Part shown: piece after piece, positions 1 to 9,862 of the stretch
How the letters are laid out: the number at the start of each line of letters is the position of its first letter
Numbering within the stretch: position 1 is the stretch's first letter
Assembly (NCBI GenBank): GCA_034530875.2
Contig: JAVRCJ020000014.1
Location: 64,001-128,000, forward strand
Direction of reading: 5' to 3'
Length of the DNA: 64,000 nt
Source: Nostoc sp. DedSLP01
Lineage (GTDB): Bacteria > Cyanobacteriota > Cyanobacteriia > Cyanobacteriales > Nostocaceae
The notes under the pieces: model-generated
The model's database searches: none
What the model was told of the DNA's origin: nothing
The model's input: the letters and a program-made list of their open reading frames with translations, nothing else
Program-made: the position numbers and the translations under genes

Positions 1-412
1 ACTGGCAAATGTACAAGCGTTTAATGTCGATGATTTGAAAGCTGTTGTGGCGCAAAACTACGAAAGCCGTAGGAGAATTGCCCAGGAAGCAGAACGACTT
101 TTAGAAGAAGAGGTGGAAGCTTTCGATGTTTGGTGGCGTAGTTTAGAAACTGTCAGCACTATTAGCTGTCTGCGAAATAAAGTCGAAACTATCCGCGAAC
201 AAGAGTTAGAAAAAGCTTTGTCTCGATTGGGTTCGGAATTCGCAGAAAAACATCAAGAAGTCATCGAAGCTTTAACGCGAGGCATTGTTAATAAAATTTT
301 ACACGATCCAATGGTGCAATTGCGATCGCAGCAAGATGTGGAAGCTAGACGGCGTTGTATGCAAACTCTGCAAATGCTGTTTAACTTAGACGCAGGCGAA
401 CAGTTTAGCTAA
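1..412 (+). CDS. hemA: Glutamyl-tRNA reductase, C-terminal part (5' end outside the window)
   Basis: Frame is open from the window edge ([10 protein letters not shown]). The dimerisation-domain motif [14 protein letters not shown] is present. Confidence 0.93.
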   Translation, partial: LANVQAFNVDDLKAVVAQNYESRRRIAQEAERLLEEEVEAFDVWWRSLETVSTISCLRNKVETIREQELEKALSRLGSEFAEKHQEVIEALTRGIVNKILHDPMVQLRSQQDVEARRRCMQTLQMLFNLDAGEQFS

Positions 413-427
413 ACTGAACAATAACCA

Positions 428-460
428 AGCTCCCCGACTTTTAAAGGAAGCCGGGGAGCT
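428..460 (+). terminator. Palindromic hairpin after hemA (dispersed repeat family; a second copy lies at about 37891-37923)
   Basis: agctccccg-acttttaaaggaagc-cggggagct inverted repeat. Confidence 0.6.
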
Positions 461-880
461 GAGCTTTGAAAAGCTATTTCTTTAGCTTGAGGTTTTTGTT
501 CGATGGTATAACTTTTTTGTCTGCATCTTTGCTCAAGTTCAACTAGTGTGAGAAACTTCTGTCCATTAGGACGATATATTTTAAAAATTTATAAAGTAAG
601 TTTAAAGGTAATTCCCAAACAGCAACTTACCCATAAATTACTATTGGTAATTATGTACTAACATATATTGAGCGATCGCCATCGAAATATTAAGCATATA
701 AGAAATAGGGCCATGGCTGAACTTTCACCCACAAACAAACACTCAATTAAATCAAAAAATTCTAGTACTCAAGTATAAAACAAGACTAGCTATTACGAGT
801 AGATGATGAATTTTATTTGAATGAGATGCCTTGGTATGGTAGCACAGCTGTCCTACCATACAGCATTCAATGACAAAGGG

Positions 881-1096
881 CTATAAAAGTGGTCTAGTTC
901 TAGCTTTATAGTCCATTAAAGCTCCTTGGCTAATTACAGTTCGCCCGTTTCTTCTACTCGTGGGAATTTGTCCTCTTTGCAGAGCCATGTATAGAGTACT
1001 CTGAGCTACACCTAGAAATCTCGCTGCTTGTACAAGTGAAGTACCCTGTCGGAGGGTACTCCCTCCTCTGTTCCTAATTGATGAGGGACGTATCAT
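881..1096 (-). CDS. Small excisionase-like (HTH_17) DNA-binding protein
   Basis: SLVQAARFLGVAQSTLYMALQRGQIP...GRTVI pattern. A hairpin at about 834-861 lies downstream. Confidence 0.7.
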   Translation of the reverse strand: MIRPSSIRNRGGSTLRQGTSLVQAARFLGVAQSTLYMALQRGQIPTSRRNGRTVISQGALMDYKARTRPLL

Positions 1097-1268
1097 GGCG
1101 AAATGTAAAGAACAACTTAAGAAATCTCAATTTCCTACGAAAAAAACCTAAGAATTAACATTGATTCACAATTGCTCAAGATAAAGCAATGCTGTGTCAG
1201 AAGAGGACAGCAGAGCTAATTTGATTTTTTTCTAATTAGATTGAGATCTAATTTGATTATAACAAATT

Positions 1269-1853
1269 ATGGAGAAAGAACAGTTTCAGACCCTGCTGCG
1301 ATTTTTCAAAGCTTTAGCGGACGAAAGCCGATTGAAGATTGTAGGTATTCTGGCGAATCAGGAGTGCAGCGTCGAAGAATTGGCTGTGTTATTGGAACTC
1401 AAGGAACCAACAATATCCCACCATCTAGCGAAACTCAAGGAACTAAATTTGGTAACTATGCGCCCTGAGGGTAATAGCCGCCTGTATCAATTGGATAGCG
1501 ACACCTTACAAAGCATCAGTAAGCAAGTTTTTACACCTGAGCAAATTGCTTCTTTGATTGAGGATGTAGATACTGAAGCCTGGGAGAACAAAGTATTAAA
1601 AAATTATTTTGATGGCGATATCTCTGATGAGGACTCTGTTCAACGCCTCAAAGAAATCCCTGCTAGCCGCAAAAAGCGTTTAGTAATTCTCAAGTGGTTA
1701 GCCAATAAATTTGAAATTGGGGTTCAGTATCCAGAACGGGCAGTGAATGACATTCTCAAGCGGTATCATCCTGACTACGCTACCCTACGTCGGGAATTGA
1801 TAGGCTACCAGTTGATGGAGCGAGAAAATGGAGTTTATTGGCGTTATGACTGA
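1269..1853 (+). CDS. ArsR/SmtB family transcriptional regulator with C-terminal DUF2087-like domain
   Basis: FKALADESRLKIV...TISHHLAKL HTH; C-terminal DYATLRRELI. Confidence 0.88.
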   Translation: MEKEQFQTLLRFFKALADESRLKIVGILANQECSVEELAVLLELKEPTISHHLAKLKELNLVTMRPEGNSRLYQLDSDTLQSISKQVFTPEQIASLIEDVDTEAWENKVLKNYFDGDISDEDSVQRLKEIPASRKKRLVILKWLANKFEIGVQYPERAVNDILKRYHPDYATLRRELIGYQLMERENGVYWRYD

Positions 1854-1880
1854 TGAGTAGGGAGTGGAGGACTTACGCAA

Positions 1881-2066
1881 CTGGCACAGGGCGGTCGCTA
1901 TTTGCAAGCTTTCACCCTTGATAGTCTAGGAACGCTTGCACAAGCAAAGGAAAACTATGCGGAAGCTAGGGCTAATTTGCAGACAGCGTTCGAGATATTT
2001 GTTGAGTATCAGGATGAATATAATGCTATAGAAACGCGGAAAATTTTAGAAGGTTTACCGGAGTAG
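1881..2066 (+). pseudogene. C-terminal remnant of a TPR-repeat protein
   Basis: Startless frame GGRYLQAFTLDSLGTLAQAKENYAEARANLQTAFEIFVEYQDEY...LPE*, a TPR-like unit. Confidence 0.6.
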
Positions 2067-2127
2067 ATGCAATACGGTTCGGATAAGCATTTTTCATCTC
2101 TGATGTGGACTGGGAAAAGGGAAAAAG

Positions 2128-3399
2128 CTGACGGGGTGACAAAGCGGCTGAAGCCAAGAAAATAGAGGACTGTGACAGTTTTGGGGTAAAAAAAGATAGG
2201 TCAAGTATTCTCAACAAGACCTATCAAATGATAATGTTACCTAAATTCTACCAAAACTGCTTTCAAAATGTACTGACACCAGCGCAGTACAAGATGCTAG
2301 AAATCTTGATTATGGTGTTGCAATTTCACAAAACCGTGACGATTGAGAAACTAGCGACAGTGTTTCCTCAACCGATAAAATTTGAAAGCCGGAGACGGAG
2401 TATACAAAGATTTTTATTGTTGCCGCAGTTATCAATTCAATACATCTGGTTTCCATTAATCAAACGATGGGTAAAAAACAGCCGAAAACTGCCAAACGAA
2501 CAACTGATATTTGCCATTGATAGAACACAGTGGCGTTGTGAAAATGTGTTCGTTATCAGTTTAATAGAACAAAAAAGAGCTATCCCAGTTTATTGGCTAT
2601 TGTTACCAAAAAGAGGATGTAGCAATCTTGGCGAACAGAAAAAGTTAATTCGCCCATTATTAAGGTTGTTTAAAGGATATCAAATGTTGGTGCTAGGCGA
2701 TAGAGAGTTTCAGAGCATCAAACTAGCGAATTGGTTACAGAGCAAGAGAATTAAGTTTGTGTTACGCCAAAAACAAGGCACTTATATTCGACAAGAACAT
2801 GAGCCATACCAACGCTTGCAGTCTTTAGGATTGAATCCCGGAATTTCGTTTTTTCTAGAGGGTATTCAATTTACCAAACAGAAGGGTTTTGCTAAATTTA
2901 ATCTGGCTGGATATTACAAGCGAAAATATCGTGGCAACCTGGAGCCGGCTGGTTGGTTTTTACTCACGAACCTTGACAGCCTCAAAGATGCCATTAAAGT
3001 ATTTAAGCTGCGAAGCGGTATTGAAGCCATGTTCAAAGATTGTAAGACTGGTGGCTATAATCTTGAATCTACTTATGCTGATGGTAAACGCTTAATCTCA
3101 GTGATTTTATTAATTGCTATTGCTTATACTTGCGCCATTTTAGCTGGTCGTACTTCTCGTAAAATGGGACTACAAAAATATATTGGTCGTCTCCAGGAAC
3201 TCAAGCGAACGTACCGCCGACATAGTGCCTTTTGGGTTGGTTTATATGGCTGTTTGTGGGTAGGTGCAATGGAATTTTGGGCTGATTTAGCCTATCAGTT
3301 TATGCGTTTAAAGCCTGGTAAACTACCTTATTTTCATCAAGGTTTACGTGCTATGGCTCTTATCCAGTCTGCTTTATAGGCTCTTTGTCACCCCTTCAG
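2128..3399 (+). mobile_element. IS4-family insertion sequence
   Basis: 17-bp terminal inverted repeats ctgacggggtgacaaag (2128-2144) and ctttgtcaccccttcag (3383-3399), 1 mismatch, flank a transposase. Confidence 0.9.
2228..3379 (+). CDS. IS4 family DDE transposase
   Basis: AIDRT, GDREF and R-SGIEAMFKDCK (YREK-like) motifs; intact ORF. Confidence 0.93.
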   Translation: MIMLPKFYQNCFQNVLTPAQYKMLEILIMVLQFHKTVTIEKLATVFPQPIKFESRRRSIQRFLLLPQLSIQYIWFPLIKRWVKNSRKLPNEQLIFAIDRTQWRCENVFVISLIEQKRAIPVYWLLLPKRGCSNLGEQKKLIRPLLRLFKGYQMLVLGDREFQSIKLANWLQSKRIKFVLRQKQGTYIRQEHEPYQRLQSLGLNPGISFFLEGIQFTKQKGFAKFNLAGYYKRKYRGNLEPAGWFLLTNLDSLKDAIKVFKLRSGIEAMFKDCKTGGYNLESTYADGKRLISVILLIAIAYTCAILAGRTSRKMGLQKYIGRLQELKRTYRRHSAFWVGLYGCLWVGAMEFWADLAYQFMRLKPGKLPYFHQGLRAMALIQSAL

Positions 3400-3514
3400 A
3401 GAATATCCTTTGAAGCGGAGCAAAGAAATACAGAAATTATATGAATAAGTAATATTACTTATAACATTTATTTATGATATTGCTCCCTGTCTTTCTTTAG
3501 AGAGGGTTATGTTC

Positions 3515-3597
3515 CAATACCGTTCAGTTAAGGCTTTTTTCTCCCCCTGACTCCTCTGCCTGCCTTAACAGATAAATTTCTTAACCCAAGCCTATTG
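3515..3597. mobile_element. Degenerate MITE of the caatacggttc(a/g)gttaag TIR family
   Basis: caataccgttcagttaag ... cttaacccaagcctattg. Related ends occur at about 2070, 5153 and 12436. Confidence 0.6.
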
Positions 3598-3606
3598 GGT
3601 TCTCAT

Positions 3607-5142
3607 CTAATTAACCAGTTTCTTAGACTTCAGCCACTCGCGGACAACTTGTTCGACAGGACGAGATTGGTTATCAACTTGATAATTCATTTTTTGCATT
3701 TCTTCAGTGGAAATTAACCCAGATAATCGATTAACAGCTTCTTTTAACTCTGGATATTTTTCCAAAATTGCTTGATTAAAGATAGGGACAGCTTCATAAG
3801 GTGGAAAGTATTTTTTGTCATCTTCTAAAATGACTAAGTTCAAGGCAGGAATCAAGCCATCTGTAGAATTGGCTGCTATCAAATCTACTTTCTTTTCTTT
3901 TAAAGCTTGATACATTAATCCTAAATCCATTTGTTGGGGAGGCTTGGTAAATTTAAATCCATAAGTTTTAGCTAATCCCGGATAACCATCTTCCCGTCCC
4001 AGAAATTCATAACCAAATCCTGCTTGCATTTGAGGCGTATATTTAGCAGCTTCGGAAAGGGTTTTAATCTGCCAGCGTTTAGCATCTTCACTGCGGATAA
4101 TCATAGCGAAAGTATTGTTAAATCCCAAAGGCGGCATCACTTCTAATTTAAAATTTTTGCTGTAGTCTTGTTTTACTCTTTCATATACTAGCTGGGAGTT
4201 ACTAATAGGCTTTTGTTTTAAAACAGATGTGAAACTCGTGCCTGTGTATTCTACATAGCCGGCAATTTGTCCTGCTTTTACGGCTTCATGACAGATAAAA
4301 GTTCCGCCTAAATTTAACCGCCGATCTACCCTTAATTTCGTATGGGATTCAATTTGTTGAGCTAGTAATTCTCCTAAGATAAATTGTTCGGTGAAATTTT
4401 TAGAGCCAATAATAATTGTTGGTGGCGTTAGCCAATAGGTAAAGCTAATTAAGCCTGCAACCAGCAAAGTTAATATACCCAAAAAAACAAAACTTTTTCG
4501 ATTAATACTTATACTTTTTTCTCTTTGCTTTGTCAGATTTTTTTCTAACCATCCCAAAGTAAAATCTGCACCGACTGCAATCAAAGCAGCAGGTATTGCT
4601 CCAGCTAAAATTAACTGATTATTAAGGGTAGAAATACCTCGAAAAATAAATACCCCCAAACCACCACCGCCAATTACTGCCGCAATGGTAGCAATTCCCA
4701 CAGAAATAACTGTTGCTACTCTAACTCCTGCTAAAATCACACCTAAAGCGAGGGGAATTTCTACTTGAAACAGCAATTGGCGGTCTGTCATTCCCATCCC
4801 TCGTCCCGCTTCTCTAATTGCTGGTTCGACGCTATTAATGCCGATATAAGTATTGCGAATTACTGGGAGCAAAGCATAAAGAATTAAGGCGACAATAGCA
4901 GGAATTTTTCCAATTCCTCCGAGAAATGGCACAGAAATCAGAAAGCCAAATATAGCTAAACTAGGAGTAGTTTGTATAGCGTTAGTTAGACCGATAATAG
5001 GTTGAGCAAGTTTCGGTTGGCGAGTAATAAAAACTCCTAAAGGTATGCCAATTGAAACGGCTACTACCATTGCAATTACAACTAATATTAAATGTTCTCC
5101 AGTGCGGAGAATAATTTCTAGGAAATATTGGTTGAAAAACAA
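3607..5142 (-). CDS. Fused permease/substrate-binding subunit of a glycine betaine/osmoprotectant-type ABC transporter
   Basis: EAGRGMGM EAA loop, GSKNFTEQ and FPPY motifs; AGGAG RBS upstream of the TTG start. Confidence 0.9.
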   Translation of the reverse strand: MFFNQYFLEIILRTGEHLILVVIAMVVAVSIGIPLGVFITRQPKLAQPIIGLTNAIQTTPSLAIFGFLISVPFLGGIGKIPAIVALILYALLPVIRNTYIGINSVEPAIREAGRGMGMTDRQLLFQVEIPLALGVILAGVRVATVISVGIATIAAVIGGGGLGVFIFRGISTLNNQLILAGAIPAALIAVGADFTLGWLEKNLTKQREKSISINRKSFVFLGILTLLVAGLISFTYWLTPPTIIIGSKNFTEQFILGELLAQQIESHTKLRVDRRLNLGGTFICHEAVKAGQIAGYVEYTGTSFTSVLKQKPISNSQLVYERVKQDYSKNFKLEVMPPLGFNNTFAMIIRSEDAKRWQIKTLSEAAKYTPQMQAGFGYEFLGREDGYPGLAKTYGFKFTKPPQQMDLGLMYQALKEKKVDLIAANSTDGLIPALNLVILEDDKKYFPPYEAVPIFNQAILEKYPELKEAVNRLSGLISTEEMQKMNYQVDNQSRPVEQVVREWLKSKKLVN

Positions 5143-5412
5143 AGTTATCTCCTAATACGGTTCAGTTACAGCAATTTTCATCTATCGAGAAGGAGAAGGG
5201 ATAAAAAGTTAGACTAATTGTGAGCTAAATAATCCTTCTGTAATGGGGAAGATAAAAACGAAACCAATTTTGGGCGGTTTGTTTATCCGTTTTCCCTTTT
5301 CCCTTCTTTTTATTTGAACCATATATTATTGTAGGGCACAGCTGTGCATCCATACATTCTGGTTTCATTACCTGAAAACTGCTGTCAGCAACTTGGTTCT
5401 TCAACCTTAAGA

Positions 5413-7299
5413 TTACCTGACGTTGGGACTTTCACTAGTACCAGATTGCTTGGTATCGGTAACTTCTTTTTGGGGATTCTTCTGATTACCTTGATTCTGT
5501 ATTTTCTCTAGTGCTTGTTTTGCCAAATTTTCAGCTGCTTGTTTAAATAAAGGTTCTATTTTATTTCGCCAGTATTGAGTATTCGGCAATTTTTCTGGAT
5601 GGTTTTTGTAATCTAAAACTTTATCCCATTGACCGGATTCTACTGCTTTATTAATATCATTAAATAATGCGTCTGCTTTCGCCCAATCATCTTGCCACTG
5701 GGCAATGACTTTGCCTGTTTCTTGGATACTAGTAGCGGCATTTGCAGGAATCGATCTTAAAAGGGCGATCGCTCCTACTATATCTCCTGAGTCATACTTC
5801 TTTTTCGCTTGTGCTAAAATTTGGGCGCTGTTGTCAGTAGGTTGCGATGGTTTTGGTTTCTCTGGTGATGAAGTGACTGCATTTTTAGATTTTGGTTTTG
5901 CCTGGGAAATCTTTCGAGTCGTAATTAAAGTACTATCGTCTACTATCTGAGTTGCAATGCCTTTTTCTTGTAGGCAAGCAGCCGATTCTCTTTTATTGGC
6001 TATCACATCCGAGTGCGCCCAAGCCAAACGTCCAGATTTGAGTTTAACTTGTATCCAACCTCGTTTTGTTTGCTTGCCAGTAACCTCGAAGCTGGTATTA
6101 TCCCCAACGCTTTGCAAAATATTATCGGAATTTATCGAACTGGGTTGAGAACGAATATTAGAATTTCCCACAACAACAGCCGTGCATTTGTTTGCTAAAG
6201 CGGTATCGCTACCTGTAAAATTAGCAGCTAAATTTTTTACGTTGGGATATACATTCGCTACCAAAGCAGCAGCGCCACCCGCCAAGAATATGCCAATTAA
6301 TATCGGCCATGGGTCAGATTTACTAGAGTTTTGGCGAACAGGTCTAGGGGGGACTGGGTTTGGTGGTGCAACTGCAAGAGTTTGTTGGCGAGATACTAAT
6401 TGGGGTCTGGGTTTAGCTGCTTGATAGGTGGAATTTTTTATAGATTCTTGAGGCGCGGAAAGTGCAGCTACAGGATTAATCGCCTCTCTACATGCTTGTA
6501 GTGCTTCTGTGGCGGTTTGGTAGCGGTCTTTGAAGTGATAGCGCACCATCTTTGTCAGTACTGCCGCCAGTTGAGGATTCACGGTTACTGAATGCTGCCA
6601 GATAATTTCTCCCGTTTCTGGGTCTTCTTGTAATTCTGTGGCTTGTAAACCCGTTAATGCTTGAATCGCAATAATTCCCAGAGAATAAATATCGCTGTTG
6701 GGGCGGGGTTTACCTTGTCCTTGTTCTGTGGGCATATAGCCAGGAGTGCCGATAACCACTGTGGCAGAGGCTTGTCCGCCGGCTGTCACCATTTGGGTAC
6801 GGACTTGTTTGACTGCGCCGAAGTCTACTAAAACTAACTTATTATCTGAGGCACGACGAATAATATTATCTGGTTTGATGTCGCGGTGAATCACACCTTG
6901 GCGATGGACAAATTCTAGAATCCCTAGAATTTCCTCCAATAGTTGAATTACTTGGCTTTCACTCCAACGCTTACCAGGTAAAAGTTCCTCAGCTAAGGTA
7001 TGTCCTTCTATATATTCTTGTACTAAATAGAATTCTTGATTTTCGTCAAAGTAAGCGAGTAGCCTGGGTATTTGGTCGTGATTGCCCAATTTTTCTAAAG
7101 TTTCGGCTTCGCTGTTGAATAGGCGTTTAGCTGTATCAAAAACTCTGGGGTCAGTGCCGGGTTTGAGGTGCTTGACAACGCAAATGGGGTTACCAGGCCG
7201 CCTAGTATCTTCCGCAATGTAGGTTTGACCAAATCCTCCCGTCGCCAGGACTCTAATTATTTGGTAACGATGGTCTAGTAACTTGCCTATCATATTCAC
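5413..7299 (-). CDS. Ser/Thr protein kinase with transmembrane helix and SH3-like C-terminal region
   Basis: GGFGQTY, HRDIKPDN, DFG and GTPGY motifs; TM segment ILIGIFLAGGAAALV; SNIRS...GWIQVK. Confidence 0.93.
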   Translation of the reverse strand: MNMIGKLLDHRYQIIRVLATGGFGQTYIAEDTRRPGNPICVVKHLKPGTDPRVFDTAKRLFNSEAETLEKLGNHDQIPRLLAYFDENQEFYLVQEYIEGHTLAEELLPGKRWSESQVIQLLEEILGILEFVHRQGVIHRDIKPDNIIRRASDNKLVLVDFGAVKQVRTQMVTAGGQASATVVIGTPGYMPTEQGQGKPRPNSDIYSLGIIAIQALTGLQATELQEDPETGEIIWQHSVTVNPQLAAVLTKMVRYHFKDRYQTATEALQACREAINPVAALSAPQESIKNSTYQAAKPRPQLVSRQQTLAVAPPNPVPPRPVRQNSSKSDPWPILIGIFLAGGAAALVANVYPNVKNLAANFTGSDTALANKCTAVVVGNSNIRSQPSSINSDNILQSVGDNTSFEVTGKQTKRGWIQVKLKSGRLAWAHSDVIANKRESAACLQEKGIATQIVDDSTLITTRKISQAKPKSKNAVTSSPEKPKPSQPTDNSAQILAQAKKKYDSGDIVGAIALLRSIPANAATSIQETGKVIAQWQDDWAKADALFNDINKAVESGQWDKVLDYKNHPEKLPNTQYWRNKIEPLFKQAAENLAKQALEKIQNQGNQKNPQKEVTDTKQSGTSESPNVR

Positions 7300-7457
7300 T
7301 CCCCACAGCGATCGCTAGTATTTTTGCGCTAGTAATAAATATCTCCAAATTTTCTTCAATGAAATCCGCTATCTTGAAAAAAGATTTAGATTAAAAACGC
7401 AGCTTTTTAATAAACGCAGACTGTTTATTTGTCTTTTAGTGCCCCTGTTTATTACCA

Positions 7458-7946
7458 ATGCCACCCAGAATAACAAACTCAGTTGCATGGCAGCAGGCTG
7501 AAACCCTCATGCAACCTGCTTTCATTCGCGTTATTGACAATATCCGCAAACAGCTTGATGAGTCTTCTTGGACGGGAACTTATCAGGATGTGCTGATTTG
7601 GCCGCCTAACACTACTGATGAAATCAAAGCACTGGTGACTCAACTGTTGCAAGCAATGGAAACTGCAACGCCCGATGAAGCAGATGAAATCAGACAGACT
7701 TTGGCTCGTCTACCAATGCCCCATCCAGGATATCATTTACTTTTGCAGCGTCAACAGCAACAAGAGAGTATCGATTTATGGGAGTTGTGTTATCAAGTGT
7801 GTTTTCTTGAATACAACCCAGAGCAGGAAACGGCCAATATTGATACTAGTTTAATTGATGAACTCGGTGAAGTCGATTGGCTGCGTTTGGATGCAAAGGC
7901 AAAGCAGTTAATTGAAGAGAGGTTTGCGAGTTTACCTGAGAGTTGA
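7458..7946 (+). CDS. Cyanobacterial hypothetical protein
   Basis: 162-aa ORF with ATG start (MQPAFIRVIDNIRKQL, DLWELCYQVCF). Confidence 0.8.
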   Translation: MPPRITNSVAWQQAETLMQPAFIRVIDNIRKQLDESSWTGTYQDVLIWPPNTTDEIKALVTQLLQAMETATPDEADEIRQTLARLPMPHPGYHLLLQRQQQQESIDLWELCYQVCFLEYNPEQETANIDTSLIDELGEVDWLRLDAKAKQLIEERFASLPES

Positions 7947-8051
7947 AGCTCTGAGAATAGAATTCTGGGACTATACAAATGAAACCCACTTACCCTTCAG
8001 GAACAGCAAGGGTAAGCGGTGGGTTAATGAGGTAAGGCGATCGCGTTTTCT

Positions 8052-8303
8052 TCAAGCAGCACAATCTTCAATCATGCCGCTATAGTCAGTTGAGTTGCTA
8101 GGTTCTGACTGTGTTTTTAATTTAGACAGAAGCTCTTCCATACCTGGTATTTCTAATTGATGGAATGTAATTTGATTGTCCTGACTCTTAGCCGAAATAT
8201 CTGTAATACTTTGTAGAGTCATTTGGGTTGTTACAAAAAATTGCTCCATACCTGGTATTTCTAATTGAACAAATCTAGAATTATTTTCCATTGGCTCACT
8301 CAA
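8052..8303 (-). CDS. Small acidic protein with duplicated FxQLEIPGME motif
   Basis: 83-aa ORF (alternative ATG at 8291); perfect 24-bp in-frame repeat; hairpin downstream at about 7984-8024. Confidence 0.6.
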   Translation of the reverse strand: MSEPMENNSRFVQLEIPGMEQFFVTTQMTLQSITDISAKSQDNQITFHQLEIPGMEELLSKLKTQSEPSNSTDYSGMIEDCAA

Positions 8304-8427
8304 ACGCTGCTCTGTATATCATGCTCATTACGCAGATACGCAAAGCAATGGATACCTATAAAGCAAATCTAAATACGCCCAATACGCAAAGTACGCAGAT
8401 TAAGAGAAATGCGGTATTCTGAAAAGT

Positions 8428-9420
8428 ATGAATAGTCAGCAATTTAATGAAGCTCTAGAAATGCTAATCAAAGCACCTCGTAAGGTGGAGGTGTTGAAGT
8501 TATTGCTGGCTGGATACACTAATAATGAGATTGCTCAGTTGAGGCATCGTGCAGAAGGAACTGTACGTAAGCAAATTTCAAATGTATATAAGGATTTTGG
8601 TATTAAAAGTGAATTTCCAGGCGATAACGCTTTGAGAGACAAGTTAAAGGCTCTATTTCTCAAGTACAAGCCTGAGTGGGTAGGTAATTGCTCTCCTGCT
8701 ATTACTAATCAAATTAGCAACCAATTAGAAAATATAAACAATGATGGTATGCCTTCTTTAGTTTCCTCAGGTGGGGAAATTTTTGAAGAAATTGGCGAGG
8801 AATTGATGTTTTTAGCTATCAATATACTTCACGAAATTGGTTTTGAGCAAAAATTTAAGATGAGCCAGGCATCACAATGTATAGGATATAGACTTAAAAA
8901 TCCTGGAAAAATACATAAACGATATCAAATATTTTTCTACCAAAATCTATACGGTTTAGGTATTTCTATTAATAAATTTCTTTTAGATCCATATCTGCTA
9001 AATTTATACTATTGGGCATACATTCCTGATATTTTCTTACAGAGGATAGCAGGAAGATTTTTAGTATTACCCGGTAAAGAAAATTTATTTTTGGATTCAC
9101 TTCATCCTAAATACTGGAATATCTTAGAAATTGAAAGAAAAACATTAGGGGATTTTTATCTGAATGGGCAAGAAAATCCAGAGAGATACGATGAGATGAC
9201 AAATGAATTCAGCACAAGATGTTTAGAGGAATTTAATGAATTCAATTTAAGCGATCCTCAAAGTTATCTATGTATTTGGGAAGATAAAAAATTCGATTAT
9301 ACATGGGTAATGTTTATAGATTCGAGGGAGGTATTACAAGAAGTTATCAGATACTTTGGAAAAATATTACTAGATATTGACTGGGATAACATATATGATG
9401 ATACTAATATACCTTTTTAA
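8428..9420 (+). CDS. Protein with N-terminal LuxR-type HTH and unknown C-terminal domain
   Basis: EVLKLLLAGYTNNEIAQ...EGTVRKQISNVYKDFG; AT-rich C-terminal region. Confidence 0.8.
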   Translation: MNSQQFNEALEMLIKAPRKVEVLKLLLAGYTNNEIAQLRHRAEGTVRKQISNVYKDFGIKSEFPGDNALRDKLKALFLKYKPEWVGNCSPAITNQISNQLENINNDGMPSLVSSGGEIFEEIGEELMFLAINILHEIGFEQKFKMSQASQCIGYRLKNPGKIHKRYQIFFYQNLYGLGISINKFLLDPYLLNLYYWAYIPDIFLQRIAGRFLVLPGKENLFLDSLHPKYWNILEIERKTLGDFYLNGQENPERYDEMTNEFSTRCLEEFNEFNLSDPQSYLCIWEDKKFDYTWVMFIDSREVLQEVIRYFGKILLDIDWDNIYDDTNIPF

Positions 9421-9565
9421 GTAAGCCCATAAATTTAAGTTTATTAAAATAATATAAAAAGCGGTTATACACATGAATAAAATACTGACTTTCAGAATAA
9501 ATTTAGGACTAAAAGCTTTATAGTTAATTTATATTAAAGTTCACTAAGTGACTTAAGAACTAAAA

Positions 9566-9853
9566 ATGCCTAACCAAATAAACTACACCGAAGCGTGCAA
9601 TAATTTTGACAAAATTTATGAAAAGGCAATTAGCAGCCGCGAACCTGTAGTGGTAAATCGGGAAGGTGCTGAAAGTGTATCCGTAATTCCGACTGCGGAA
9701 CTTAATAGCATTATAGAAACGGCATATTTGTTTCAATCGCCGGAAAATGCAGCACGACTTATAGATGCTTTACAACGTGTTAAGGCTAAGACTAATCAAC
9801 CTCAGTCTATAGACGAACTCCGCAAGAAATTTGGACTTGAGAAAGAAGAGTAA
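9566..9853 (+). CDS. yefM: Phd/YefM family antitoxin
   Basis: NYTEA...PVVVNR...ETAYLFQSPENAARL. Confidence 0.9.
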   Translation: MPNQINYTEACNNFDKIYEKAISSREPVVVNREGAESVSVIPTAELNSIIETAYLFQSPENAARLIDALQRVKAKTNQPQSIDELRKKFGLEKEE

Positions 9854-9862
9854 ATAAATTTA

